Positions 33,404 to 43,018 of a DNA stretch of 62,167 bases are shown in pieces. Positions within the stretch are counted from its first letter, which is position 1; every line of letters starts with the position of its first letter. The position numbers were made by a program, and so were the translations under genes. This DNA comes from Thermoplasmata archaeon (GTDB lineage Archaea > Thermoplasmatota > Thermoplasmata > Lutacidiplasmatales > UBA184): contig JASHSP010000118.1 of assembly GCA_030038655.1 (NCBI GenBank), forward strand, positions 1-62,167, read 5' to 3'. The notes beneath the pieces were generated by a model that saw only the letters and a list, made by a program, of their open reading frames with translations, had not been told where the DNA came from and made no database searches.

Positions 33404-34311
33404 ATGATCGCCGACGCCACGGTGCGGAATCCGGCCGATTCGTAGAGGGCCAGCGCGGGGCGGTTGGCGACCGTGACCCAGAGGCGGACCCGCTCGTACC
33501 CGTAGGCCCAGAGGGCGCGGATGCCCCACTTCAGAAGGTAGCGGCCGAGCCCCTTTCGCCGGCGATCGGGGTCGACCAGCAGGTCGACGAAGACCGCCCG
33601 ACGGGGCGTCTGCTCGGTCGTGAGGATCGCCCCCACGAGTCGGGGCGGCTCCGTCTCGACCAGCGCGACCGAGGCCTCGTCCAGGAACCGTCCCACTCGC
33701 CCCTCGAGCATCGAGACGAGCACGCGCCGGTACTCGTCGATGCCCGATCCGATCACCAGCCCGTCGACCGTTCCGTGGAAGGCGCGCCAGTCCAGGTCGA
33801 CCAGGGCCTCCAGCGTGACCGACCGGATCGGCACGAGCCGGGCCGCTCCCGCGGTCTCGGAGAGACGTTCCCCGTCGGCGGTGGACAGCTCGCGCTCCAT
33901 CGCCCGGCGTTCGATGACGGTCGACCCGGCCCGTCGCGCGAGCCGCGCGGCGACGGTTTGTTCCTCCGCAGGGGCGAGACCCGTGAACCCGAGGTCGATC
34001 GCATCGATCTCGGAGGGCAACCCGTCCAGGAGCGCTTCCGCCAGGGTCCCGGCGCGCTCGTCGGCCCCGGCACCTTCGGTGGCGTGAACGTGCCCGTAGG
34101 CGGCGCCGCCGCGGCGCGAGTAGAAGGCGAGTCCCCCTCCGCCCGGAAGGTAGAGGCCCGCCTTCGCGCCGGCGCGCAGGTCGGAGGCGGAGTCCTCGAC
34201 CCACTCGCCGCTCGGAAGCTCGGCGCGGGCGAGCAGCTCCCGGCGGATCGCCTGGAGGAGCTCCTCGAGCTCCTCGCGGGAGGCCCGGGTGGCCGCGCGC
34301 GGAGGCTCCAC
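33352..34311 (-). CDS. GNAT-family N-acetyltransferase (two-lobed)
   Basis: The C-terminal lobe reads AVFVDLLVDPDRRRKGLGRYLL...VRLWVTVANRPALALYESAGF (acetyl-CoA site R-x-x-G-x-G). The GTG start lies 11 nt after the prs stop. Confidence 0.75.
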   Translation of the reverse strand: MEPPRAATRASREELEELLQAIRRELLARAELPSGEWVEDSASDLRAGAKAGLYLPGGGGLAFYSRRGGAAYGHVHATEGAGADERAGTLAEALLDGLPSEIDAIDLGFTGLAPAEEQTVAARLARRAGSTVIERRAMERELSTADGERLSETAGAARLVPIRSVTLEALVDLDWRAFHGTVDGLVIGSGIDEYRRVLVSMLEGRVGRFLDEASVALVETEPPRLVGAILTTEQTPRRAVFVDLLVDPDRRRKGLGRYLLKWGIRALWAYGYERVRLWVTVANRPALALYESAGFRTVASAIIYRWDRPPSPSQPHSVR

Positions 34312-34321
34312 GGGCCAGCTC

Positions 34322-35197
34322 CTACTTGGACGCGAGTTCGCGGAGGAGGATCTGGGCGATGTCGGGCGCGACGGACGCCTTCTCGGCGGGGTTCTCGAGC
34401 GTGTCGGTGGAGTAGACCTCGTCGGTGACCGCCTTGATCCGCTCGAACGCGTCGCGCAGGAAGAGGCCGTGCGTGCACGCCACGCTCGTCGCGCCGACGC
34501 CGTGTCGCTTCAACAACTTCGCCGCCTCCACGATCGTCCCGCCCGTCGTGATCACGTCGTCGATCAGCGCGACGTGCTTGCCCGCGAACGCGGGGACGTC
34601 GGGCGGCAGGCTGAGCTCGACCTTGTCGCTGTCGATCCGTCTCTTCTCGAGGGCGAACCACGGTCGGTCGAGCAGCTGGGCCATGCGCCGCACGCGTTCG
34701 ATACCCCCCTTGTCGGGGGAGACGAGGAGATCGATCGGGCGCTCGCGGAGCAGGCGGGCGAGCGCGGGGATCCCGCTCGCCTCGAACGCCGGTTTCGTGA
34801 AGTGGCCGAGAGTCGTCGGGGAGTGGAGGTCGACCGTGATGACCGCGTCCGCGTCCAGCTCGACGTGGCGCGACAGCGACCGAGCGCTGACGGGCTCGCC
34901 GGGGAAGAACCGGCGGTCCTGCCGGGCGTAGCCGAAGTACGGCACCACGACGAACGTGCGCCGGGCGCCGGCCTCGTGGACAGCGTCCTCGAGCAGGAGG
35001 AGCTCGAGGAGGGCCGGGTCGCTCGGGGTCGATTGCACGACCACGACGTCGTCCCCCTCGAGGCGGCCGCCGATCCGGATGTACATCTCGCCGTCCGGGA
35101 ACCGCTTCACGAACGGGATCCCGAACGGTGCGTTGCCGAGCTCGCGGGAGATCCTCTCGGCCAAGGCGGTCGACGCCGTACCTCCGATGACGTGCAC
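34322..35197 (-). CDS. prs: Ribose-phosphate pyrophosphokinase (PRPP synthetase)
   Basis: The sequence is RFPDGEMYIRI...VVPYFGYARQDRR...VITVDLHS...DKGG...IDDVITTGGT. Confidence 0.93.
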   Translation of the reverse strand: MHVIGGTASTALAERISRELGNAPFGIPFVKRFPDGEMYIRIGGRLEGDDVVVVQSTPSDPALLELLLLEDAVHEAGARRTFVVVPYFGYARQDRRFFPGEPVSARSLSRHVELDADAVITVDLHSPTTLGHFTKPAFEASGIPALARLLRERPIDLLVSPDKGGIERVRRMAQLLDRPWFALEKRRIDSDKVELSLPPDVPAFAGKHVALIDDVITTGGTIVEAAKLLKRHGVGATSVACTHGLFLRDAFERIKAVTDEVYSTDTLENPAEKASVAPDIAQILLRELASK

Positions 35198-35278
35198 GTC
35201 GGCGGACCCCTCGTTCCGGACGGGGCCGGCGGTTAAAGGTTGACGGGCGGGCGACGGGTCCGGACCGTCGCGCGCGGC

Positions 35279-36616
35279 CTAGAGGTCCTCGTCGTCCTCG
35301 TCCGGGTCCCGGGGGGCCGGCCGGCGAGCGTGGGGGCGGGGCCGTTCCCGGTGGCTCACGAAATGCGATCGCCGCGACTCGTCGTACGTCGGACGCCGGC
35401 GCGGGGGCGTCGGGGGAGGGGCCGCGCGCGCCGGCTCGTTATCCGGCTTCCACGGCCTCATGGCGGTCGCGAACCGCGAGGGACGAGGCGCCTCCCGCCC
35501 CGCTTCCTCCTCTTCGGGTTCGGCCGACCGCCGCTCCGCCTCCTCGCGCTTGCGCAGTCGGCTCTCCACGCCCTCGCGGCGCAGCAGGTAGTGGACCCCG
35601 AGCGCCAGGAACAGTACGGCGGCGATCGTCAACCCCAGGAACTCCCACGACTGGGACGGCACGAGGCCGGCGTCCCCCTCGAACAACAGCTTGATCGCTC
35701 CGAACCACGGGATCATCCCGCGGGCGATCCCGATGATCCAGGCCGGCTTGACGAGGGAGCTGATCTTGGCGCCGGTGCCGTTGACCGCGACCGACTGGTC
35801 GTACGACCCCGAGTTGTTGTCTCCGAGCGTGAGGAACCCGGAGTGGGTACCCAGCCCCGGCGAGTCGAGGTCGACGACAAGAGTGACGGACGATTGACCG
35901 ACGTGGTAGAGATGGATCCCCTCCGCCCCGGTCAGGCCGACGAGGTTGCAGTTGCTCGCGGTACCGGAAATGTAGTACGACACCGAGGAGGACGAGTCGG
36001 AGCAGAGGAGGCCTCCGAGGTCGGTCGCGTTGAACGTGCTGTTCGACGGGTTCCACTGGAGGAAGAAGATCGCGCGATGGATGATCGGGGTCTGCGACGT
36101 CTGGCCGTACGGATAGTAGAGGAGCACATCCCCCGGTTCGCCGTAGGTCGAGAATCCGGTCTGAACCCCGATGACGTACGGCACGATGGAGCCCAGCGAG
36201 ACCTTCTGCGCGAGGACGATGTCGCCGGCGTTGAGGAATCCGACGTGGTCGCCGGACCCGTGTTGCATGCTGTTCGACTCGATCGCATAGACGGGCGGCC
36301 AGTTCCCCGTGTAGGCGAACAGGGAGACCAGCAGCACCGCCACGATCGCGAGCGCCACGAGCGGTTCGAAGAACAGCGAGTCCCGAGCCCGCCAGTACAC
36401 CGGCCACTTGCCGTCCCCGCGGTCGTCGCCCGGCAGGTCGAGGTCGTCCACGTCCTCGTCGTCCGGATCCCAGCCGCGCACGGGTCCGGACCGGACGCCG
36501 GGTTCGACTCGACGGCGGGCGCGACGTGACGGTGGTGATGGCTTCGGCTCGTCGTCGCCGAGGTCGAGGTCGTCGAGCTCCTCGTCGTCGCCCGACGAGC
36601 GAGGCGGAGGGGTCAT
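35279..36616 (-). CDS. Type I signal peptidase, Sec11/archaeal type, unusually long
   Basis: Family boxes are colinear: SNSMQHG (Ser box), NAGDIVLAQKV, IIHRAIFFL (His box) and LTLGDNNSGSYDQS. The protein is 445 aa. It has an acidic/basic N-terminal region with two DDLDL motifs, a ~100-aa insertion and a basic C-terminal tail after a second TM helix. Confidence 0.8.
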   Translation of the reverse strand: MTPPPRSSGDDEELDDLDLGDDEPKPSPPSRRARRRVEPGVRSGPVRGWDPDDEDVDDLDLPGDDRGDGKWPVYWRARDSLFFEPLVALAIVAVLLVSLFAYTGNWPPVYAIESNSMQHGSGDHVGFLNAGDIVLAQKVSLGSIVPYVIGVQTGFSTYGEPGDVLLYYPYGQTSQTPIIHRAIFFLQWNPSNSTFNATDLGGLLCSDSSSSVSYYISGTASNCNLVGLTGAEGIHLYHVGQSSVTLVVDLDSPGLGTHSGFLTLGDNNSGSYDQSVAVNGTGAKISSLVKPAWIIGIARGMIPWFGAIKLLFEGDAGLVPSQSWEFLGLTIAAVLFLALGVHYLLRREGVESRLRKREEAERRSAEPEEEEAGREAPRPSRFATAMRPWKPDNEPARAAPPPTPPRRRPTYDESRRSHFVSHRERPRPHARRPAPRDPDEDDEDL

Positions 36617-36753
36617 GGAGCCGACGTTCCGGTCCGCTCCCCTTAACCCTTGAGGTCAAAACGCACGGGGAGCGAGCGAGCCATCGAGAGCGAACCAACC
36701 CTTAAACCGTACGGCGTCCCCGTTCCCCGTCGAGAGCGACGCGAGGGGCAACG

Positions 36754-37383
36754 ATGGACCGGATCGATGTATCGATGCCGCTGTTCGAGGGGATGCCGGC
36801 GTTCCCGGGCGACCCGCTCTTCCGCAGCCGGCCGGAGCGGCGCGTCGACCGGGGGGACCCCTACAACCTCTCGGCCCTCGCCCTGGGCTCGCACGCCGGC
36901 ACCCACGTCGATCCCCCGAGCCACTTCGCGGCCGGCACCCCGGGCGTCGACCGGCTCGACCTCGATGTCCTCAACGGACGGTGCCTCGTTCTGACGGTAC
37001 CGGACGATCGGTCCGTCGTCGGCCCGCCGGAGGTCGCCTCCGTCCCGCCGGGCACGACCCGCGTCCTCCTCCGGACCGGCAACTCGCGTCGTTGGGGCGC
37101 CCGGCTCGAGTTCTTCGAGGACTTCGTCGGCCTCGCGTTGGGCGGAGCCGTCGCCCTGCGGGAGCGCGGGGTACGTCTCGTCGGCATCGACTCGCTCTCG
37201 GTCGAGTGGGACCCCTCGGGGCGATTCCCCGTGCACCGGGACCTTCTCGGTCACGGAGTGCTCATCCTGGAAGGCCTCCTCTTGGCGGAGGTCAGCCCGG
37301 GCGAGTATCGCCTCGACTGCCTGCCGTTGCGGATCCGCGACGGCGACGGCGGTCCCGCGCGCGCCGTCCTCGGCCGACCGTAG
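36754..37383 (+). CDS. Cyclase-family protein / kynurenine formamidase-like
   Basis: The sequence is PLFEGMPAFPGDP...GSHAGTHVDPPSHF...GIDSLSVE..., the putative-cyclase (PF04199-type) pattern. Confidence 0.85.
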   Translation: MDRIDVSMPLFEGMPAFPGDPLFRSRPERRVDRGDPYNLSALALGSHAGTHVDPPSHFAAGTPGVDRLDLDVLNGRCLVLTVPDDRSVVGPPEVASVPPGTTRVLLRTGNSRRWGARLEFFEDFVGLALGGAVALRERGVRLVGIDSLSVEWDPSGRFPVHRDLLGHGVLILEGLLLAEVSPGEYRLDCLPLRIRDGDGGPARAVLGRP

Positions 37384-37393
37384 GACCCGGGGC

Positions 37394-37816
37394 GTGCTCG
37401 CGGCTCCCGGCCCCGGTCCGACCGCGCTCTCCCTGGCGACGCCCGGGTTCTACGTTCTGGTCGCCACCTTGGTGCTGTTCGTCGCGATGCTGTTCGTCCT
37501 TCGGACCTACTACCCCAACCGAAAGCGGGGGCTGGAGGGATACCTCGAGGCCGCCGGGGTCAGCCTCGGTTTCCTGGTCGTGTCGGTCGCCCTGGTCGTG
37601 GCGCTCGCGGCCCACGACCCCGACGGCAATCGGACGTCCTACGCGCTCTTCGAGGCGATCATCAGCGGCTACTGGCTGGCCGTGGCGATCCCGGTCGTCA
37701 CCGTCGGAAGCTCGGTCCAGGCCCGGTCGCGCGGGGCGATCCGTTGGCTTCTCCCGTCGATGGTCGTGGCGGCGGTCGCGTTTCTCGGCGTGTTCGCGTA
37801 CTACTACGCCGCGTGA
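37394..37816 (+). CDS. Hypothetical membrane protein (4 TM)
   Basis: The 140-aa ORF starts at a GTG 11 nt after the cyclase stop and has four clear hydrophobic helices. No family is recognised. Confidence 0.55.
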   Translation: MLAAPGPGPTALSLATPGFYVLVATLVLFVAMLFVLRTYYPNRKRGLEGYLEAAGVSLGFLVVSVALVVALAAHDPDGNRTSYALFEAIISGYWLAVAIPVVTVGSSVQARSRGAIRWLLPSMVVAAVAFLGVFAYYYAA

Positions 37817-37852
37817 CCGGGACCCCGCACGGGCCGGGACGGGACCGTCCGG

Positions 37853-38035
37853 TCAGTCGCGCTCGTCCGGAGGCAGCAGGTCGGGGATGCCGTCGTCGAT
37901 GGGGTAGTTCACGGCGCAGTGCGCGCAGGCGAGCGTTCCGGTGAGGATCTCCTCTCCGTCCTTCTTCCCCACGGTCAGGGCGAGCTCGCCCCGACAGACC
38001 GGGCATCGGAGGATGTCGAGCAGGTCCGGCCTCAT
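37853..38035 (-). CDS. trm112: Trm112-family zinc-ribbon protein
   Basis: It is 60 aa: LLDILRCPVCRGEL...GTLACAHCAVNYPIDDGIPDLL. The ATG overlaps the aIF2-gamma stop (ATGA). Confidence 0.8.
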   Translation of the reverse strand: MRPDLLDILRCPVCRGELALTVGKKDGEEILTGTLACAHCAVNYPIDDGIPDLLPPDERD

Positions 38036-39267
38036 TTGCCGCCGGCCTCGACGATCCCGTATCCGATCAGCCGCCAGGCGTTCAGCTTCCGCGAGATCGC
38101 GACGCGGCTCCCCGGAAAGACCGTCACCGGACGGGCGAGCGACAGCTCGACCTCGTCCCCCCGCGCGCTGGTGACCTTGCCGGGGGCGATCGTCGTGCCG
38201 ACGGTCACCGCGAGCAGCTCGCTGGTCCGGATCTTCTCGACCTTGATCTCCCGCTGGGCGCCCAGGACGCGGTCGAGGAGCGTCGCGCGCAAACGGATCT
38301 TCTGGCTGACGGGCGGGAGCGTTCCTGCCGTCCCGATGAGCCGGCCGGTGAGCCCGTCCCCCTTCGCGAGCGACGGGTCGAGGGTCGTTCCCACCGCCCC
38401 GAGGCCGCCGGGGTGCAGCTCGTCCCGCGCCTCGCCGCCCGAAACGATCGACGTGACCTTCGTCGTCAGTGCCTCCGCGCGTCCGTTCCCCGCGCCCGCG
38501 ACGCCGGGGCGGATCTCGATCTCCTCGCCCATCTCGAGCCGTCCCTGGAGGAGCGAGCCGCCGAGCACCCCGCCCTTGAGGTCCTTCGGTCGCGTCCCCG
38601 GACGGTTCACGTCGAAGGAGCGCGCCACGTACATCAGCGGCGGCTTCTTCGGGTCGCGGACGGGCGTCGGGATCGTTTCCTCGATCGCCCCGATGAGCGA
38701 ATCGATCCCCGCCTTGTGGTTCGCGCTGATCGGGACGACCGGGGCCTTCGCGAGCGGCGTGTCCTTGAGGAACTCCTGGATCTCACGATAGCTCTTCTCG
38801 GCGTCCTCGGCGGAGAGGAGGTCGATCTTGTTCTGGACGACCACGACGTTCCGGACCCCGATGATGTCGAGCGCGTAGAGGTGTTCGCGGGTCTGCGGCT
38901 GCGGCGTGTGCTCGTTCGCCGCGATCAGCAGGAGCGCGCCGTCCATGATCGCCGCCCCGGAGAGCATGGTCGCCATCAGGGTCTCGTGGCCGGGCGCGTC
39001 CACGAACGAGATCGCGCGCAAGAACTTGGCCTTCCCACCGCAGGTGGGGCAGACCGGCTCCACCGAGTAGCCCGTGGGCTTCGGACACTTCGGGCACTCG
39101 TAGAACGCCGCGTCGGCGTACCCGAGCTTGATCGAGATCCCGCGCTTCAGTTCCTCGGAGTGGCGGTCGGTCCATTCCCCCGTCAGGGCTTGGGTGAGGG
39201 TCGTCTTCCCGTGGTCGACGTGCCCCACCAGTCCGATGTTCACTTCGGGTTGGCGCGGTACCTTCAT
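38032..39267 (-). CDS. eif2g: Translation initiation factor 2 subunit gamma (aIF2-gamma)
   Basis: The start is at the internal ATG at 39267, which overlaps the rps6e stop. The sequence is MKVPRQPEVNIGLVGHVDHGKTTL...CPKC...CPTCG zinc knuckle...DAPGHE...QNKID. The protein is 411 aa. Confidence 0.95.
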   Translation of the reverse strand: MKVPRQPEVNIGLVGHVDHGKTTLTQALTGEWTDRHSEELKRGISIKLGYADAAFYECPKCPKPTGYSVEPVCPTCGGKAKFLRAISFVDAPGHETLMATMLSGAAIMDGALLLIAANEHTPQPQTREHLYALDIIGVRNVVVVQNKIDLLSAEDAEKSYREIQEFLKDTPLAKAPVVPISANHKAGIDSLIGAIEETIPTPVRDPKKPPLMYVARSFDVNRPGTRPKDLKGGVLGGSLLQGRLEMGEEIEIRPGVAGAGNGRAEALTTKVTSIVSGGEARDELHPGGLGAVGTTLDPSLAKGDGLTGRLIGTAGTLPPVSQKIRLRATLLDRVLGAQREIKVEKIRTSELLAVTVGTTIAPGKVTSARGDEVELSLARPVTVFPGSRVAISRKLNAWRLIGYGIVEAGGK

Positions 39268-39641
39268 GTCGCGGCGAACAGCTCCGCGAGGGGCTTCGGT
39301 CCCTTCTGGTCGACGACGAGATTGATCTGGACCGTCTCCTCGCTGATCGTGTTGCCGCGGAACGTGCGTCGCCGGCGCATCCCCTCGCGGGGGGCGTGGA
39401 AGCCGAACCCGTCGCCCACGTAGAGGCGGGTCTGCCGCGCGCCCGGCAGGTCCGGGCGCAACGGGAACCCGCTCTTGTCGGTCCCGCCGGTGATGCGGAA
39501 CGTGTAGCCGCCCGCCCCCAGGAGTTCCCCGCCGACCGACTCGCCGATCCTCTTCCCCAGGAAGCCGGCGGACTGCGGGTCGCCGACGGTCCGCGCGATC
39601 GACTTCTCCCTTTCGGAGATCACGAGCTTGAATTCGGCCAT
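39264..39641 (-). CDS. rps6e: 30S ribosomal protein S6e
   Basis: The sequence is MAEFKLVISE...FRITGGTDKSGFPLRPDLPG...GMRRRRTFRGNTIS. I verified it codon by codon against the sequence. Confidence 0.95.
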   Translation of the reverse strand: MAEFKLVISEREKSIARTVGDPQSAGFLGKRIGESVGGELLGAGGYTFRITGGTDKSGFPLRPDLPGARQTRLYVGDGFGFHAPREGMRRRRTFRGNTISEETVQINLVVDQKGPKPLAELFAAT

Positions 39642-39848
39642 CCGCTCCCCGTGGTGCGAAGGCGCGCGAGGTAGGTGGGTTTAAAAGCGTTTTCGAGAGG
39701 CCGGCCGCGCCGCGCGGCCCCGCGGGGGCGAGGGCGTGGCCGGCGCGACCACGTCGGGGTCCGACCGAGCCGCCGCGGCGGCGATTCCTGCGCGTCCCTG
39801 CCCTTATCAACGTCGACCTTCGTCGACCGTCGCGGTGAGGCGTCGATC

Positions 39849-40760
39849 GTGACCGGCTGGGCGGTTCCGTCGGTCGTCGGGCCGGCGATCCTGCTGGGGG
39901 GGTATGCGTATGCCGCCGCGGCCGACGTGCGAACGCGCGAGGTCACGGACCGGCTCTGGCAGCTCCTGGGGGTCGTCGGGCTGCTTCTCGGCGCCGTGTA
40001 CGTGGGCGGCGAGGGAGTCGTGCCCCTGCTCCTTTGGGTCCTGGTTGGGCTGCTGACGCTCGAGCACCTGGTGGCGTGGGACGACCTCCTTCCGATCGCC
40101 TGGCGCGACCAGGCGGACCGGGTCGAGTTGGGCGCGTATGCGGCGGTCGTCGTGATCGTCGCGGTCGCGGGCGCCCGGTACGGGCTCGGTCCGACGGGCG
40201 TTCCCGAGGCGGTGATCGCAGCGCTGGCCACGGTGCTCCTGGCGCGGGCGCTGTTCGAGGTCGGCGCGCTCTACGGCGGCGCCGACGCGAAGGCTCTGAT
40301 GGTCGCCGGCCTCCTCGTGCCCGTGTTCGCGCACCCGCTGCTCGCGGTGCCGGCGGTCGCGCCGGCGCTCGCGGTGGTCCCGTTCTCGATCAACCTGCTC
40401 ACCGACGCGGCGCTCTGTTCGCTGGTCGTTCCGTTCTATCTCGCGATCCGAAACCTTCGACGGGGCGAGTTCTCCTTCCCGCGGGGTTTCAACGGCTACT
40501 CGATGCCGGTCGCCGAGCTACCCACGAAGTACGTATGGGTCCGGGACCCGGCCGTCGAGGACTCGACCGACTCGGAAGAGCCGGAGACCTCCGCCGAGGA
40601 CGAACGGCTCCGGCGCGAGACGGCCCGTCGGTTGACCGAGCGGGGGGTCCTCCGGGTCTGGGTTTCCCCGCAGCTGCCGTTCCTGGTCCTGATGGCCATC
40701 GGAGCCGTGGCCGCACTTCTCGCCGGGAACCTGATCCTCGACATCCTCGGCCTCGTCTGA
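39849..40760 (+). CDS. A24-family aspartic peptidase (archaeal prepilin/preflagellin peptidase, FlaK/PibD-like)
   Basis: The first Asp box is [12 protein letters not shown] and the second is [16 protein letters not shown]; the protein is polytopic. The start is placed at the GTG at 39849, preceded by GGTGAGG. A cccttatcaa box lies at 39801-39810. The upstream part of the track ORF is Arg-rich junk. Confidence 0.75.
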   Translation: MTGWAVPSVVGPAILLGGYAYAAAADVRTREVTDRLWQLLGVVGLLLGAVYVGGEGVVPLLLWVLVGLLTLEHLVAWDDLLPIAWRDQADRVELGAYAAVVVIVAVAGARYGLGPTGVPEAVIAALATVLLARALFEVGALYGGADAKALMVAGLLVPVFAHPLLAVPAVAPALAVVPFSINLLTDAALCSLVVPFYLAIRNLRRGEFSFPRGFNGYSMPVAELPTKYVWVRDPAVEDSTDSEEPETSAEDERLRRETARRLTERGVLRVWVSPQLPFLVLMAIGAVAALLAGNLILDILGLV

Positions 40761-40866
40761 GGCGCGATACCGGGGCGAACGCACGGCGCCTCGCCCCGAA
40801 CGCCCCCGACCGAGCCGCCCTCCCCGAGGTGCCGCCCGTTCCGGCGGGCGCGGCCGGCGAAAGCTT

Positions 40867-41319
40867 TTGTCCGTGGCCCGGGTCGCGCGCTCGAGGGAAA
40901 CGTTGGCGGCGAAGCGACGGACCACCCCGATCCGGGTGTTGATCGCCAAGCCCGGCCTCGACGGCCACGACCGGGGGGCCAAGGTCGTGGCCCGAGCCCT
41001 CCGGGACGCCGGGATGGAAGTGATCTACGCCGGTCTCCGACAAACTCCCGAGGAGATCGTCCGCGCCGCCGTCGAGGAGGACGTCGACCTGGTCGGTCTG
41101 TCGATCCTCTCGGGCGCTCACATGGCGCTCTTCCCGAAGGTCCTTCGGCTGCTCAAGAAGGAGAGCCACCCTTCGATCCAGGTGTTCGCGGGCGGCATCA
41201 TCCCGGACGAGGACGCACGCCGCCTGAAACGGATGGGCGTGCGCGCGATCTTCGGGCCGGGCGCCTCCCTTGAGGAGATCGTGCGAACCGCGGAGAAGCT
41301 CGCTCGTCCTTCGGCATGA
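40867..41319 (+). CDS. mcmB: Methylmalonyl-CoA mutase, small B12-binding subunit
   Basis: The sequence is [33 protein letters not shown]...[13 protein letters not shown]. The start is uncertain. TTG 40867 is the track start. In-frame TTG 40903 fits better, being ~38 nt after the gcgaaagcttttg box. Confidence 0.9.
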   Translation: MSVARVARSRETLAAKRRTTPIRVLIAKPGLDGHDRGAKVVARALRDAGMEVIYAGLRQTPEEIVRAAVEEDVDLVGLSILSGAHMALFPKVLRLLKKESHPSIQVFAGGIIPDEDARRLKRMGVRAIFGPGASLEEIVRTAEKLARPSA

Positions 41320-42278
41320 CCCGCCCGGCCCCGCTCCCTCCGGCCGCACGTGCGATCGTGCGGGGCGACGCACGCGCGCTGGCCCGGGCGATCAGCGCGG
41401 TCGAGAACGGCGACTCCTCCGCCGACCCAATTCTCCGGGCGATCTACCCGCGGACAGGCAAGGTTCCGGTCGTCGGGCTCGCCGGCCCGCTCGGGGTCGG
41501 CAAGTCGAGCCTCGTGAGCGCGCTGGTCGGCTACCTTCGGGGCCAGGGCCGTTCTGTCGGGGTCGTCGCGGTCGACCCGTCGAGCCCGTTCTCGGGAGGG
41601 TCCGTCCTCGGGGACCGGATTCGGCTCGAGCGTGCCCCGGGGGACGAGCGGGTCTTCTTCCGCTCGATGGCGAGCCGCGGCGCGGTGGGAGGAGTGGCGG
41701 CGGCCACGCGCGAAGCCGCCCGTCTCCTCGACGCGGCGGGGTTCGACGTGGTGCTCGTGGAGACCGTCGGGAGCGGGCAGGTCGACCTGGCGATCCGCCA
41801 GATCGCGAGCACCCGCGTGGTGGTGCTCGTCCCCCACCTGGGCGACGAGGTCCAGACGCTCAAGGCGGGGCTGTTCGAGATCGCCGACGTGTTCTGCGTC
41901 AACAAGTCCGACCTGCCCGGCGCCGAGATCGCGCAGCGGGACCTCGCCGAGCTCGTGGCGTTGGGGGCGGGGCACGACGGCTGGCGGCCACCGATCGTCG
42001 CGACCTCGACCGTGACGCCCTCCGGCATCGACCGGCTCTGGGCGGCGGTCGAGGCGCATCAGCGGTTCCTCGACAGCTCCGGGGTCCGCCGCACCGCCGA
42101 GCGACTGCGGCTCAAGGAGGAGATCGTGGGCCGCGTGCGGGACGAGCTCGCCGCGGAGCTGGCCGACCGGCTCGACCGGGACCCGGAGCTGCGCGAGCTG
42201 CTCGACCGCGTCGTGGCCCGGACTCTCGACCCGCGGTCCGCGGCGGAGCGGCTCCTCCGGTCGTTGCGCGGCCCGTAG
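41316..42278 (+). CDS. meaB: Methylmalonyl-CoA mutase-associated GTPase MeaB (ArgK-type)
   Basis: The sequence is [15 protein letters not shown]...[16 protein letters not shown]...ETVGSGQ...VNKSDL. The ATG overlaps the mcmB stop (ATGA). Confidence 0.9.
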   Translation: MTRPAPLPPAARAIVRGDARALARAISAVENGDSSADPILRAIYPRTGKVPVVGLAGPLGVGKSSLVSALVGYLRGQGRSVGVVAVDPSSPFSGGSVLGDRIRLERAPGDERVFFRSMASRGAVGGVAAATREAARLLDAAGFDVVLVETVGSGQVDLAIRQIASTRVVVLVPHLGDEVQTLKAGLFEIADVFCVNKSDLPGAEIAQRDLAELVALGAGHDGWRPPIVATSTVTPSGIDRLWAAVEAHQRFLDSSGVRRTAERLRLKEEIVGRVRDELAAELADRLDRDPELRELLDRVVARTLDPRSAAERLLRSLRGP

Positions 42279-42285
42279 GGGGGCG

Positions 42286-42843
42286 ATGCTCGATACGAAC
42301 CTCGCGATCGCGGGGGTGCTCCTCGCGATCGCCGTCGCCCTCGCGTACTTCGTCTTCGCCTCGTTCGCTTTCGGCGCGGGCTACCAGCCGACGCCGCGCG
42401 CCGCGGTCGAGACGATGCTCCGGTTCGCGGAGCTCGGTCCGCAGGACCGTCTCTTCGACCTCGGCGCCGGTACCGGGGCGATCGTGTTCCGGGCGGCCCG
42501 GATCTACCGGGCCCGGGTCGTGGGCGTCGAGGTTGAGCCGATCCGCGTGCTGGTGCTGCGGCTCCGTCGAAGGCTGGGCCCGTTCTCGGACCGGATCACG
42601 ATCCTCTGGGGCAGCCTGTTCCGTCTCGACTTTCGGGAGGCCACGGTCGTCACCGCCTTCCTGTGGCCGGGGGCGATGGCGCGGCTTCGCCCCAAGCTCG
42701 AGGCCGAGTTGTCGGACGGGGCTCGCGTCGTGAGCCACTGCCACGAGATCGTGGGCTGGAACTCCGCCGCCTACGACCCGGAGACGAAGGTGTACCTGTA
42801 CCGGTGGCCGGACGCGCGCCCCTCCGGTGGCGCGGCGTCGTGA
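42286..42843 (+). CDS. Membrane-anchored class I SAM-dependent methyltransferase (FAM173/ATPSCKMT-like by my reading)
   Basis: It has an N-terminal TM helix, IAGVLLAIAVALAYFVFASFAF. This is followed by YQPTPRAAVETML and motif I, LFDLGAGTGAIVF...VVGVEVEP. Confidence 0.8.
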   Translation: MLDTNLAIAGVLLAIAVALAYFVFASFAFGAGYQPTPRAAVETMLRFAELGPQDRLFDLGAGTGAIVFRAARIYRARVVGVEVEPIRVLVLRLRRRLGPFSDRITILWGSLFRLDFREATVVTAFLWPGAMARLRPKLEAELSDGARVVSHCHEIVGWNSAAYDPETKVYLYRWPDARPSGGAAS

Positions 42844-42844
42844 C

Positions 42845-42928
42845 TCAGTGGTGGTATGCGAACCAGAGCGCGGCCCCGATGATCAGGACCACCGCGATGA
42901 TCGCGAACCCGACCCACCATCCGAGCAT
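42845..42928 (-). CDS. Candidate 27-aa single-TM micropeptide
   Basis: Hand translation gives MLGWWVGFAIIAVVLIIGAALWFAYHH. GAGGGGGATC (SD-like) lies ~8 nt upstream. It is below the track cut-off. Confidence 0.3.
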   Translation of the reverse strand: MLGWWVGFAIIAVVLIIGAALWFAYHH

Positions 42929-43018
42929 CGCGCGCCGATCCCCCTCGGCCCAAGTTCCGTCGGACACGGCCGAGCACGGAACGGGTCGTTTATCGGGTTT
43001 CGATACGTACGGCCGCGG

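Noticed and set aside
30383-34428. Giant ORFs: 30383-34204 (1273 aa, minus strand), 31309-34428 (1039 aa, plus strand) and the first ~550 aa of 30371-33403
   Set aside because: Only the C-terminal 522-540 aa of the 1273-aa ORF look like NadB. The remainder, and the other frames, are Arg/Pro/Gly junk overlapping the tandem-nuclease and GNAT genes. These are high-GC artefacts.
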